Shown one piece after another: positions 27,102 to 36,588 of a stretch of DNA of 64,000 nt. The stretch lies in assembly GCA_963801995.1 (NCBI GenBank), contig CAWDGW010000017.1, positions 669,544 through 733,543 on the forward strand. Reading direction: 5' to 3'. Each line of letters starts with the position of its first letter. Position 1 is the stretch's first letter. Position numbers and translations under genes: made by a program. The DNA is from an uncultured Holophagae bacterium (GTDB lineage Bacteria; Acidobacteriota; Thermoanaerobaculia; Thermoanaerobaculales; Sulfomarinibacteraceae). The notes below the pieces were generated by a model. It saw only the letters and a program-made list of their open reading frames with translations. It was not told where the DNA came from and ran no database searches.

Positions 27102-28226
27102 ATGGCACAAGCACACGGGACTCAATGCCGCCATTCGACCAGGTACCTGGTGGTGACCTCATTCCTTGTACTGTCCCTCGTTGGTCCTCGGCTCACCGCC
27201 GAGTCTCCGACCGGCACGGAAACTGCCGCCCGCTGGGCCTACGGGCCCACGACCGCGGTGGCCGTTGTTGACCAGTACGCGTACTTCGGCAGCGGCTGTG
27301 TGCTGCTGGTCGCCCATATCTCCGATTCAGCAGAGCTGGAGATCGTGGCCGAGATCGCCCTGCCCGGAGTCGTGCGGGGCATCGACGTGGTCAATGGCTA
27401 TGCGTACGTGGCCAACGGGAGGTCCGGCCTTCGAATCCTCGACGTCAGGACTCCAACGACTCCGGTGGAGATCGGCGTCGCGTTGGACCCGAGGGATGCC
27501 TATGGCGTCGAAGTGTCCGGCCGCCACGCCCTGGTTGCGGATTTCCGGGGAGGACTCTGGATCATCGACGTCGCCATACCATCCTCCCCTATCGCGGTTG
27601 GATTATCGGCCGAACCTGCAAACCCGGTTGACGTGGTGGTGTGGGGAGATCACGCCTTCGTCGCGGACATGTGGGACGGACTTCGAGTCATCGACTATTC
27701 CGACCCCTCATCGCCTTTCGAAATTGGGCAATTCGACACTCCCGGGATCGCCATCGGTGTGGCGGCCACTGGTCGCCACGTTTACGTGGCCGACTACCAC
27801 GGGGGTCTGCAGGTCGTGGACGTGAGCCAGCCAGAGAAACCGAATCTCGCCGGCCGAGTCGACACACCGGGCGCCGCCAAGGGTCTCTGGATCTGCGAGG
27901 ATCTGGCACTCGTCGCGGACGACGCTGCGGGGCTTCTTGTCATGGATGTGAGGTCGCCCGCCTCGCCCCTCGTCACCGGATTCCACTCAACGCCCGGATT
28001 TGCATCGGGTGTTTCGAGCGATGGACAAACCGCTTTTGTCGCCGACGGTTGGGCCGGCCTTCGGTTGATTGACATCAGGCCGCCGGCCTCCCCTCTCGAG
28101 GTTGCGGCGTACATCAGCCCGACACGTTCAGCCCCGTCGCGACACTGCGGCGGATATGGGTCTGTCGAAGAAACGCCCTCCGGGATCGAGATCTTCAGAG
28201 ACTGTGATCACGACAGCCGGCAGTAA
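27102..28226 (+). CDS. secreted LVIVD-repeat beta-propeller protein (untagged paralog type)
   Basis: GGAAGGAGG RBS. Repeats of the type LRILDVRTPTTPVEIG, LWIIDVAIPSSPIAVG, LRVIDYSDPSSPFEIG and LQVVDVSQPEKPNLAG. Ends ..EIFRDCDHDSRQ* without the tag. Confidence 0.8.
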   Translation: MAQAHGTQCRHSTRYLVVTSFLVLSLVGPRLTAESPTGTETAARWAYGPTTAVAVVDQYAYFGSGCVLLVAHISDSAELEIVAEIALPGVVRGIDVVNGYAYVANGRSGLRILDVRTPTTPVEIGVALDPRDAYGVEVSGRHALVADFRGGLWIIDVAIPSSPIAVGLSAEPANPVDVVVWGDHAFVADMWDGLRVIDYSDPSSPFEIGQFDTPGIAIGVAATGRHVYVADYHGGLQVVDVSQPEKPNLAGRVDTPGAAKGLWICEDLALVADDAAGLLVMDVRSPASPLVTGFHSTPGFASGVSSDGQTAFVADGWAGLRLIDIRPPASPLEVAAYISPTRSAPSRHCGGYGSVEETPSGIEIFRDCDHDSRQ

Positions 28227-28273
28227 CGGTCAGTGGACTCGGCGGTGCGAGGCGTCGTTGAGTTTTCGGAGTC

Positions 28274-28308
28274 GGTTTCCGAATTCCGAATTCCGAATTC
28301 CGAATTTT
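28274..28308. repeat. 7-bp array GGTTTCC (GAATTCC)x3 GAATTTT, an inverted copy of the (GAATTCG)n element
   Basis: Lies between convergent genes. The reverse complement reads AAAATTC(GGAATTC)x3 GGAAACC, matching 7509-7549 and 36414-36454. Confidence 0.9.
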
Positions 28309-28318
28309 GCCCGACTGC

Positions 28319-29696
28319 CTACGGCACCGAGGCCGACCACTGGCCGGTATCCCCGGTCTCGAAGGAGTCCGAGAAAAGGTGGGGACTCGTGACGGTCAGG
28401 CCCTTGATGCAGAAGTTGGCCGTGTCGTCGTCGAACCAGAGATCCTGCCAGACCCCGCCGCCATCGCGGTAGAAGCTCTGATCGGGATCGGCCGATGACT
28501 CCACCAAGGTGCGGCTCTCGGCTCCGAGCAGTACCGGGACGATGGAGGTCCGATCAAAGGGCTGGCCACCCTGGGACAGGCTCAGATACAAGAAAAAGTC
28601 GTCGCCCGTTTGGAGGTTCACCGGAACGTCCAGGTCAACGGTGTAGAATCCCTTCTCGGTCAAGGATCCACTGGTTGTCGAAAGGGGATCGGCCAGGGCG
28701 CCGGCTTCGAAACGATCGTAGACCGTAACCGTGTAATCCACCTGCTCGGCGGCCGTGAAGAAGCTGACTGCCGTCAACAGCTCATCCATGACCGCGGTGA
28801 AGGCGTTGAAGGCTTCGTCCGCATCCAACTTGGTGTCCCGCCATCCGTGGTAGTCGTGGTAATACACGCCTTCGTACCTGAGCGGTTCCACGTCCTGGAA
28901 GGACACCGCCCCCATCTCGGGGTGCTGACAGCTGTACTTGTCGTAGTACGAAATCCAGAAGTAGCCGTCGTGCCCCCACCATTCTCCCCAGCTGTTCTTC
29001 ACCAGCCAGGCGCCCGGTTGCGGGGCTTGAGTGTTGTGATTGATCGTCCCAGCCGACGATGGAAACCGCATGGTTGGGCTCCATGGGCTCGGACGGTGGC
29101 TGGTAGTGGTTGTAATTCCAGTCAATGAACTGACCGGCGTAGGCCATGCAGGTGCCGACCACGCCGTGGTTCATCACCGCCGTCTTGATGGTCTCGATCT
29201 CGCTGAGATCCACCTCGGCCACGTACCAGGCGATGTGGCGCGGATAGTAATAGTGGTAACTGGGATCGCTGCGCAGCGGTGGCGTGTCGTAGCTTTGCCC
29301 GTCCACGTCCCGCACCGCCCCCTCCAGACGGGAGAGGTACGCCGATGTCACCAGGTAGTCGCCGCCGTTGTGAACTTCCAACCCGCCGCCAGTGGGTGGG
29401 TCCGTATCGTCGTTGTTGTGCTGATTGAATCCGTTCCACCAATCCAGGTGGTACTCGGCCAGGTTGGGCTCGCCCTGCTCTCCTGCCGCCGCCCAGGCAC
29501 CGGTCATCAGCAGATTCCCCTCCATGGAGGCCATGGCTCCGTGAGTCCAGCAGGTCCCACCCTGTTGTGACTTGACCGAGGTCACATAGTTGGTCCCGCC
29601 AACGTCGCGAAGATCAAAACTCGCCGGGAGCTGCGCGTGGGCGACGGCGGCAGTCACAAAAACGATGGCGAACACAACGGCGTACTTTTTGGACAT
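28319..29696 (-). CDS. secreted papain-family (C1) cysteine peptidase, tagged; one 1-nt frameshift near 29045
   Basis: Signal [21 protein letters not shown]. Has the catalytic blocks [11 protein letters not shown] (Gln/Cys), [11 protein letters not shown] (His) and [19 protein letters not shown] (Asn/Trp); the last block is in the second ORF (28319-29125). Ends ..[18 protein letters not shown]. Confidence 0.8.
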
Positions 29697-29881
29697 CCGA
29701 AGCCTCCAAGACTGGTACCGATGGCACCAAATCCGGCACCGGTTTACATTCTAGCAAGTTGTTGGTGATACGTTTTCTCAAAATTTGAAAAACACCCGAG
29801 GGGAGTGAATCTCCCCACGATGACCGCTGAAAAGAACGATCGGGAGAGTGGCGAGTGCTGAGCCCCCCGTCTCGGTGCGGT

Positions 29882-31471
29882 ATGCTCGCCCCGATGAGAG
29901 CGGTATTACTCACTGTTGTCGAACGTTCGGTGGTGGTCGTCCTGGCCCTGTTGGTCGCAGGTGGCATCGCCCAACATGTCATGGCTGATTCTGACGGCGA
30001 TTCCAGCCCGGATCTCGCGATCCTCGATCGATCGCCAGGCGATGGCAAGGTATCGCCTTGGGTTGCAGATGCCGTGGCCCTCGGAGGCACCACCGAGCTG
30101 CTCGTGGTTCTGTCCGACCAGGCCGACCTCGAGTCACTCCAGACCGGAGAGGCTTTGTCGGCGCGCCGACATCTGGTGCGAAACGCCTTGTGGGACACGG
30201 CCCAGGCCAGCCAGCGCCAGTTGAGGCTTTGGTTGACCGACAGGGGCATATCCCATCGGCCTTTCTACATCGTCAACGCGATTCTGGTGTCCGGGGCCGA
30301 CAGCGCCCTGGTGGGCGAGCTGGCGACCCGTCCCGACGTGGCGAGGATCGCGGCGAATCCACGGGTGCGGCAGATCCTCCCGGTGCCCAAAGCCCCTCCG
30401 GTGACCGAGTTCGGCGAGGCGATCGAATGGAATGTCTTGCAGATCAGGGCAGACGAAATGTGGGCCAAGGGCATCACCGGCCAGGACATCGTCGTCGGCA
30501 ATCAGGACACCGGCTTCGACTGGGAGCATCCCGCCCTGGTGCAGCAGTATCGAGGATGGGATGGGTCGGCGGCGAACCACGATTACAACTGGCACGACTC
30601 CATCCACACTGGCGGCGGTGCCTGCGGGCCCGACTCGCCGGCGCCTTGTGACGACCACGGCCACGGCACCCTCACCACGGGGGTTGTGGTGGGCGACGAC
30701 GGCGGCGCCAACCAGATTGGAGTCGCGCCCGGCGCGCGCTGGATCGGCTGCCGCAACATGGACCAGGGCGTCGGAACTCCCGCCACCTACCTCGAGTGCC
30801 TGGAGTTCTTCCTCGCTCCCTACCCGGTGGGCGGCACCCCGGCCCAGGGCGACCCCGACCGAGCGCCCCATGTCACCAACAACTCCTGGACGTGCCCGCC
30901 TTCCGAGGGCTGCGACTGGGACACCCTGCAGGCCGCGTTCGAAGCGCAGCGAGCCGCCGGCATCATGACGGTGGTGGCGGCCGGCAATTCGGGCTCGTCC
31001 TGCTCGTCGGTGGATATTCCGCCGGCGATCTACGACGCGGTGTACTCCGTCGGCTCCATTAACCTCTTCGGCGAGATTTCCAGCTTTAGCGCCCGCGGCC
31101 CCGTGATGGTCGACGGCAGCGGCCGGCTCAAGCCTGACATCTCGGCGCCCGGTGAGGACGTCCGTTCGAGCGCCGCCGGAGGCGGTTACGAATCGGCGTC
31201 CGGAACCTCACTGGCCTCCCCCCACGTGGCCGGAGCAGTGGCCCTGCTGTGGTCGGCGTCGCCGTCGTTGATCGGGAGGATCGACGCCACCGAGGCCATC
31301 TTCAACATCACCGCCGAGGGCTGGACGAGCGATCAGTGCGGCGATCCGGCCGACGCCGTGCCCAACAACGTGTACGGATGGGGGGTGCTCGACGCACTCG
31401 CCGCCTACGAGGTCTTCGACGACGGCTTCGAGTCCGGCAACGCCTATTTCTGGTCGGCCATCGTCCCGTAG
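29882..31471 (+). CDS. secreted subtilisin-family (S8) serine peptidase with N-terminal propeptide, tagged
   Basis: Catalytic triad blocks VGNQDTGFD (Asp), HGHGTLTTG (His) and SGTSLASPHVAG (Ser), with NNSW for the oxyanion Asn. Ends ..FDDGFESGNAYFWSAIVP*. The start is uncertain (GTG 29855, ATG 29882 or ATG 29894). Confidence 0.85.
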   Translation: MLAPMRAVLLTVVERSVVVVLALLVAGGIAQHVMADSDGDSSPDLAILDRSPGDGKVSPWVADAVALGGTTELLVVLSDQADLESLQTGEALSARRHLVRNALWDTAQASQRQLRLWLTDRGISHRPFYIVNAILVSGADSALVGELATRPDVARIAANPRVRQILPVPKAPPVTEFGEAIEWNVLQIRADEMWAKGITGQDIVVGNQDTGFDWEHPALVQQYRGWDGSAANHDYNWHDSIHTGGGACGPDSPAPCDDHGHGTLTTGVVVGDDGGANQIGVAPGARWIGCRNMDQGVGTPATYLECLEFFLAPYPVGGTPAQGDPDRAPHVTNNSWTCPPSEGCDWDTLQAAFEAQRAAGIMTVVAAGNSGSSCSSVDIPPAIYDAVYSVGSINLFGEISSFSARGPVMVDGSGRLKPDISAPGEDVRSSAAGGGYESASGTSLASPHVAGAVALLWSASPSLIGRIDATEAIFNITAEGWTSDQCGDPADAVPNNVYGWGVLDALAAYEVFDDGFESGNAYFWSAIVP

Positions 31472-31495
31472 ACTGCATATCTCACCGCCGGTCCA

Positions 31496-31524
31496 TTGAC
31501 ATCGCTCTCTCCGGGGAACATATT
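31496..31524 (+). promoter_or_regulatory. putative sigma70-type promoter
   Basis: TTGACA-N17-CATATT, about 30 nt before ATG 31555 (RBS CTGGAGG). Confidence 0.4.
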
Positions 31525-31554
31525 GGCAACTAGAACCCCCGACTGGAGGCCAAT

Positions 31555-32493
31555 ATGCGTGCAGTCGTCCTCGTCCTCGTGATGGTGTGGCTCTCGCCGC
31601 CCGGACTGTGGGCACAGAACATCTTCGCAGACGGTTTCGAAACCGGCGATGTGTGGAGGTGGACCGACAGCGTTGGGTTCAGCTGTAGTGACGAATGCAA
31701 CCTCGTTTCACAAGTAGGATGTGTGCCCACCGAAAAGTGCACCTTTTTCGGGGCCTCAAATCCGGATCGGGGCTGTGCGCGGTGTGTGGATGACGGCGAC
31801 GTAGGATGGGGAGGTGCCTGTGCCTTCGATCCGACCACCGGGATCGACGACTGCGTGGCAGGCCTCTATTGTCATGAAGGGACCTGCAAGGAGTTCTGTT
31901 CGTGGCCGCCGGAAACCTGTCCTGATCCTGAAGGGTGTTTCGGCATAGCGCTCACCTTTGACGGCCTATTCGTCGGGCTGTGCGTCCCACAGTGCGATCT
32001 CTTCGCCCAGGACTGCAGCCCCGACAAGGGGTGCTACATCATGCTCGGCAGGGATTCCTACCCGAGTTTTTGCTACGTGCCCGAGCCCGAGCCCGATCCG
32101 CCGGACGGCTGCGGCATCGGCCTCGACCGCCCGGGGATCCAAGGAGAGTGCTGCTCTTACATCAATACCTGCCAACCCGAATACGGGTGCAACCAACTCA
32201 ACGGGCCGGATTTCGATCACATGGTGTGCGCCAGAAACTGCGATCCCACCGGCACCCTTGGCTCGGACGACTGCGTGCAGGTTCTCGGATCAACCTTCTG
32301 GTGCATGTCGATCAACGCGTACTACGCAAACCTGGATGAACTGCCCGACGCCTATGGTTTCTGCATCGACTGGACGATCTGGGGTCCGCCCGAGTGCTAC
32401 AACGGTGTCCAGGACGCACACGAGGACGGCATCGACTGCTGCGTGGAGCCCGGAGGGGATCCGGACTGCCCCTGCGTATACGAGTGCCTTTGA
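31555..32493 (+). CDS. secreted cysteine-rich protein (~34 Cys in 312 aa) with the tag-like motif at the mature N-terminus
   Basis: Signal MRAVVLVLVMVWLSPPGLWAQ followed directly by NIFADGFETGDVWRWTDSVG. The rest is Cys-rich, and the C-terminal ECYNGVQDAHEDGIDCCVEPGGDPDCPC resembles Cys-knot-type repeats. Confidence 0.7.
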   Translation: MRAVVLVLVMVWLSPPGLWAQNIFADGFETGDVWRWTDSVGFSCSDECNLVSQVGCVPTEKCTFFGASNPDRGCARCVDDGDVGWGGACAFDPTTGIDDCVAGLYCHEGTCKEFCSWPPETCPDPEGCFGIALTFDGLFVGLCVPQCDLFAQDCSPDKGCYIMLGRDSYPSFCYVPEPEPDPPDGCGIGLDRPGIQGECCSYINTCQPEYGCNQLNGPDFDHMVCARNCDPTGTLGSDDCVQVLGSTFWCMSINAYYANLDELPDAYGFCIDWTIWGPPECYNGVQDAHEDGIDCCVEPGGDPDCPCVYECL

Positions 32494-32553
32494 CCAGCTC
32501 TCTTGCCGGAGGTGCAGGTTTCTGCATAAGGCTGATCCTCAGATTTGAAACCC

Positions 32554-32583
32554 TTGACTACATGTAGACATCGCAGTTAGTAT
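32554..32583 (+). promoter_or_regulatory. putative promoter with embedded 10-bp palindrome
   Basis: TTGACT (32554-32559), 18-nt spacer, TAGTAT (32578-32583). The perfect palindrome CTACATGTAG (32558-32567) overlaps the -35 and spacer and may be an autoregulatory operator for the RHH protein. Confidence 0.4.
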
Positions 32584-32605
32584 CCGTTCCCGCAGGAGGA
32601 GTGCG

Positions 32606-32794
32606 TTGCGAATTCAACCGAAAACAGATACGGCTAACGATGATCAGAAAGTGTTCAGCGTCAGGATCGACCCCATTCTGATCCGCAAGCTCAAGGTCCA
32701 TGCCGTCCTCGTGGACCGCTCCATCAGATCAGTGGTCACCGAAGCCTTCGACGAGTACCTCGCTCTTCATAAGGACGAGGCCGAAAAGCTCTAG
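32606..32794 (+). CDS. ribbon-helix-helix (CopG/ParG-like) DNA-binding protein
   Basis: TTG start 5 nt after AGGAGGA. KVFSVRIDPILIRKLKVHAVLVDRSIRSVVTEAFDEYL shows the RHH pattern. Confidence 0.55.
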   Translation: MRIQPKTDTANDDQKVFSVRIDPILIRKLKVHAVLVDRSIRSVVTEAFDEYLALHKDEAEKL

Positions 32795-34002
32795 CGCGAC
32801 CGATCGGTCGTGCTCATCGCTCGAAAAACTCCCCACCCACCACCCTCCCCCGCTTTTCGAGTTTTCCTGATTTTCGATTTTCGATTTTTGATTTTCGATT
32901 TTTGACTATCGTGGGGTTCGGGCACGGCAGGACCGTCGACCCAGAAGACCCCCGGCAATCGCAGCAGAAACTGAAGGAGCGCCTGGTCCACGTTGGGCAC
33001 CCACAACGGCACCCCCCGTCGATGGGCGTCGGCGGCGAGACGCTCAACCAGAAGACCTGCCGGGCGTCCGGCGCCTGCCACGCTCGCGCACCAACCCGGG
33101 ACGCGCAGCGCCGACCCTGCCTCGGCTCCGGTCGAGAGTACGTCCTCCACCCACCCTTCTTCTCCGCTGGGATCCACCAGCCGCCAGGAGAAACCTTGCG
33201 CTGTAGGTCCACCCGGTGTCGCCAGCCAGCCGATTCCAGTGTGCCCCCATGCCTCGGTCGGTGCCCACGCTCCCACCTGCCGCCCGGTGGGCAGCTCCCA
33301 GACCGAGGCGGGAAAACCTGTCTGTGAGGTCTCTGACTGAGTTGTCTCGACCTTCGCCAAAGCCGTCATGGCCACGGCCGCCGCTCCGCAGTGCCCCTCC
33401 CAGGGTCCGCAGAAGACCGCCGTGACGCCCTCCGAGGCCGCTTCTTCGCGGTCGGTCACACCAGCCCAGGTACGATGGATGTCATCAATGTGGGCGACCG
33501 GCAGCAACACCGCCGGCCACGGCAGAACCACCGGCAGAGCGCCCAACTCGACTGCCAATTCGGCCAGGAGGGTCGCCATCCGTCCCTCCCCCACCTGGCA
33601 CCTCCAGAAGGCCCGATTCTTCCAGGTCACCGCGATCAGGCGTTGTTCCGGGGCCGATACCAGGTCCGCGATCCAGGGATCCAACGGCGGTGTCACCCCC
33701 TGGCACACCTCTGCGGCTGCACGGAAGGCACACCCGGCGTCCACCGTGGACGGTGGCAGCCACAGGGCACCTCCGATTCCCAACCGAATCGCCTGAACCA
33801 GAGCGGCGTCGGTGCGAACGGCAATCACCGCCCGGGCGCGTTCCGCTGGAGGGCTCGCTGCCGCTTCCCGCACCCAGGCCCCTTGGGAGTCTTCAACCGC
33901 CACCCACGCCGGCTCATCGGCACCCATGGCCACTGCTTGTTCGATGACCGAACGGATGGCTTTGTTGGACCCCCCGACCTCGGTTCCGATGAGATTGATC
34001 AT
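32791..34002 (-). CDS. hypothetical protein (403 aa), last gene of the surE-pcm operon
   Basis: ATG overlaps the acyP stop (ATGA). No motif recognised. The last ~35 codons run through the GATTTTC array (translated [15 protein letters not shown]). Confidence 0.5.
   Translation of the reverse strand: MINLIGTEVGGSNKAIRSVIEQAVAMGADEPAWVAVEDSQGAWVREAAASPPAERARAVIAVRTDAALVQAIRLGIGGALWLPPSTVDAGCAFRAAAEVCQGVTPPLDPWIADLVSAPEQRLIAVTWKNRAFWRCQVGEGRMATLLAELAVELGALPVVLPWPAVLLPVAHIDDIHRTWAGVTDREEAASEGVTAVFCGPWEGHCGAAAVAMTALAKVETTQSETSQTGFPASVWELPTGRQVGAWAPTEAWGHTGIGWLATPGGPTAQGFSWRLVDPSGEEGWVEDVLSTGAEAGSALRVPGWCASVAGAGRPAGLLVERLAADAHRRGVPLWVPNVDQALLQFLLRLPGVFWVDGPAVPEPHDSQKSKIKNRKSKIRKTRKAGEGGGWGVFRAMSTTDRSR
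32852..32906. repeat. 7-bp array (GCTTTTC GAGTTTT CCT GATTTTC GATTTTC GATTTTT GATTTTC GATTTTT GAC)
   Basis: Read directly. It lies inside the 3' end of the minus-strand ORF, about 60 nt after the plus-strand RHH stop. Confidence 0.9.
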
Positions 34003-34283
34003 TCGTCAGGAACGATCGCGAAGCCCACCAGATCTTCGATCTCGCGGTCCTCGCGGGTCACGTCCACCCGCTCCACCACCGACAGACTTGGGCCACGCTG
34101 CAACACGGCATACAACTTCTCGTGCTCGTCGGCTGGACCGTCCGCCAGGGCTTCCACCGTCCCGTCTCGTCGGTTCCTGACCCACCCTGAAACCTCGAGA
34201 CGCTGCGCTTGCCGCCAGACAAATGCCCGGAAGCCCACGCCCTGCACCCGTCCGTGGACGCGATACCTCCGCCGGCCGATCAT
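33999..34283 (-). CDS. acyP: acylphosphatase
   Basis: [39 protein letters not shown] contains the V-x-G-x-VQGVGFR signature. Length 94 aa. Confidence 0.85.
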   Translation of the reverse strand: MIGRRRYRVHGRVQGVGFRAFVWRQAQRLEVSGWVRNRRDGTVEALADGPADEHEKLYAVLQRGPSLSVVERVDVTREDREIEDLVGFAIVPDE

Positions 34284-34897
34284 TCCTCACCCTCCTCAAC
34301 ATTGGTCGCAGTGGCGGCATGGGCGTGACGGCCAAATCTGTGAATCGCCCAGAAGCCCCCGACCAACAGCACCACAAACGCGATGGAAAGCCAGTTGAAC
34401 TGGGTGTACAGAAAATCTCGAATGGAGTCCCCGAAGAGCGCCAGCAGCACGCCCTCTGCCATGAAACGAAAGGTCCTTGAGGCGATGGAGGCCAGTACGA
34501 AGATCTTGAAGTTGATCTTGAACGCACCGCCGGCGATGGTGAACACCTTGTACGGAATCGGAGTCAGGCCTGCGATGCCGGTGGCCCACGCGTTGTACCT
34601 GTCGTACAGCCGTTCGACCGCGTGGATCTTGTTTTCGCTGAATACTTTGAACAGCAGAGGTCGACCGCCGTACAGGCCGATGCCGTAGCCCAGCATCCCG
34701 CCCAGCACGCTGCCGAGGGAGCAGATGAATCCATACCAGATCGCATTCTCCGGGTTTGCCACCCCGAGAGTGATCAGCAGGACGTCCGGTGGAATCGGAA
34801 AGAACGAGCTCTCGGCGAAGGCGAGCAGGAACAACCACATCCCCGGGTGGGGGGCCGCCGCCAACTGGTCGATCCATGCAAAGAGCTTTTCCTTCAT
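34280..34897 (-). CDS. DedA/YqaA (VTT-domain) family membrane protein
   Basis: The start [11 protein letters not shown] at 34897 overlaps the pcm stop. [19 protein letters not shown] and [13 protein letters not shown] are typical of the family. The ORF-track start at 35134 lies inside pcm. Confidence 0.7.
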   Translation of the reverse strand: MKEKLFAWIDQLAAAPHPGMWLFLLAFAESSFFPIPPDVLLITLGVANPENAIWYGFICSLGSVLGGMLGYGIGLYGGRPLLFKVFSENKIHAVERLYDRYNAWATGIAGLTPIPYKVFTIAGGAFKINFKIFVLASIASRTFRFMAEGVLLALFGDSIRDFLYTQFNWLSIAFVVLLVGGFWAIHRFGRHAHAATATNVEEGEE

Positions 34898-35556
34898 CCG
34901 GTTCCTTCTTCCCAGCCGTGCCGCCCGATCAGTGGGACGAAGCACGCATTCTTGAGCTTGTTGACGACGGTTCTCTCGCCCCGGCGCTCGGCCACCCACA
35001 CCACCTGAGTCTCCCGAGATCCTACCGGAATCACCAATCGGCCACCGTCGGCGAGCTGTTGGAGCAACAGCTCCGGAATTTCGGGCGCTGCGGCGGTGAC
35101 CAGAATGGCCCCGTATGGCGCCTGGGCGCTCCACCCAAGGGTCCCGTCCATCACTTTGACGCTGACGTTTTCGACGCCAAGACCGTCGAGGCGCTCCTTG
35201 GCAGTGCGAGCCAACGCCGAAATCCGTTCCACGGTGAATACGAAGCGCGCCAACCGGGCGAGAACCGCCGCCTGATATCCGGATCCGGTGCCGATTTCGA
35301 GCACCCGGTCCTCGGCATCTATCCGTGCCGCCTCGGTCATCAACGCGACCATCCGCGGTTGTGAGATCGTCTGGCCGTCGCCGATGTTGATCGACACGTC
35401 ATCCGAATAGGCCTGGTGCCGGTACGACTCGGGGACAAAGAGGTGACGAGGCACCTCCCCCATGGCAGCCAGGACCCTCGAGTCGCGGACGCCGGCGGCG
35501 CGCAGCGACTCCACCATCCGTTCGCGGCGGTAGCCGTGGGCGTCCACGGCGGTCAT
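34894..35556 (-). CDS. pcm: protein-L-isoaspartate O-methyltransferase
   Basis: PRHLFVP, GQTISQPRMVALM and the SAM motif VLEIGTGSGYQAAVLA. This is only the C-terminal 220 aa of the 776-aa ORF-track entry 34894-37224. Confidence 0.9.
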   Translation of the reverse strand: MTAVDAHGYRRERMVESLRAAGVRDSRVLAAMGEVPRHLFVPESYRHQAYSDDVSINIGDGQTISQPRMVALMTEAARIDAEDRVLEIGTGSGYQAAVLARLARFVFTVERISALARTAKERLDGLGVENVSVKVMDGTLGWSAQAPYGAILVTAAAPEIPELLLQQLADGGRLVIPVGSRETQVVWVAERRGERTVVNKLKNACFVPLIGRHGWEEGTG

Positions 35557-36335
35557 TCGGACTCGCTCCCGTCCTCTTCGATCGCCCAGCTTGGTCGATC
35601 CTCCTCCAGAGCCTCCAGGAGATCGAATCCGGTCAAATCCAGGTGGAGCGGTGTCACCGACACGTAGCCCGCCGCCACCTCGTGGAAGTCCGTGGACGGT
35701 ATTTCTTCCCAAATCGGCTCGCCACCGCCAATCCAGAAAATCTGTCGACCCCTCGGATCGGTCTGTTCGATCACGCCCTCGGTATAACGGCGGACGCCGA
35801 GCCGCGTCAGTCGGACTCCACGAGGTTTGCCAACGGGCACATTCACGTTGAGCAGGGTGTCCGGAGGTAAACCGTGCTCGATAATCCACTGGGTGAGCCG
35901 CCGCGCATGGGCCGCAGCCACGTGGAACGAGAAACCCTCTCCGCATTGCTGCGAGACCGCAAGGGCTGGAAAGCCCAGGATCACACCCTCGAAGGCCGCG
36001 GAGACCGTGCCCGAGTAGTGCACGTCCACACCCATGTTCCCTCCGAAGTTGATCCCCGAGACCACCACGTCCGGCGGCGAACCCTCCATCAGGCTCGAGA
36101 TGCCGAGCGTCACGCAATCGGTGGGAGTTCCGTCCACCGCGAAGCGCCGGGGTCCCAGCTTCTCGATGTGCAGCGGACGATCCAGGGTGAGAGCGTGGGA
36201 CACGGCGGACTGCTCGCTGTTTGGCGCCACCACCCACACCTCGGCGATCTGTTCGAGGGTGTCGGCCAACACCTGCAGCCCCTCCGAGGTGTAGCCGTCG
36301 TCGTTGGTCAGGAGGATTCGCCAGGGTTCTGTCAT
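35553..36335 (-). CDS. surE: 5'/3'-nucleotidase SurE
   Basis: MTEPWRILLTNDDGYTSEGL (the DDG motif) and SGINFGGNMG. Shows the classic surE-pcm pairing with an ATGA overlap. Confidence 0.9.
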   Translation of the reverse strand: MTEPWRILLTNDDGYTSEGLQVLADTLEQIAEVWVVAPNSEQSAVSHALTLDRPLHIEKLGPRRFAVDGTPTDCVTLGISSLMEGSPPDVVVSGINFGGNMGVDVHYSGTVSAAFEGVILGFPALAVSQQCGEGFSFHVAAAHARRLTQWIIEHGLPPDTLLNVNVPVGKPRGVRLTRLGVRRYTEGVIEQTDPRGRQIFWIGGGEPIWEEIPSTDFHEVAAGYVSVTPLHLDLTGFDLLEALEEDRPSWAIEEDGSESE

Positions 36336-36413
36336 GGCGGTGATTATCCCAGCGTCCCGCCGGATCGACAACCAGCAGTGGTTTCCAAGCTACTGCCCGC
36401 CCGACAACAGGCA

Positions 36414-36454
<41 letters not shown>

Positions 36455-36467
36455 AAAGGTGGAAGGA

Positions 36468-36492
36468 GTTTTCGATTTTTGCTTTCCGATTC
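36468..36492. repeat. 7-bp array TTTTCGA TTTTTGC TTTCCGA TTC
   Basis: Read directly and related to the array at 32852-32906 (shared GAGTTTTCGATTTTTG). Confidence 0.75.
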
Positions 36493-36588
36493 AATGAAGG
36501 CCAGCGTGTCCCTCAAACGGCCGAAACGCCCACGGTGGTTTGCCGCACTGGGACCGACTAGAATACCCGGTGAGGGAGAAAAGAAGTT

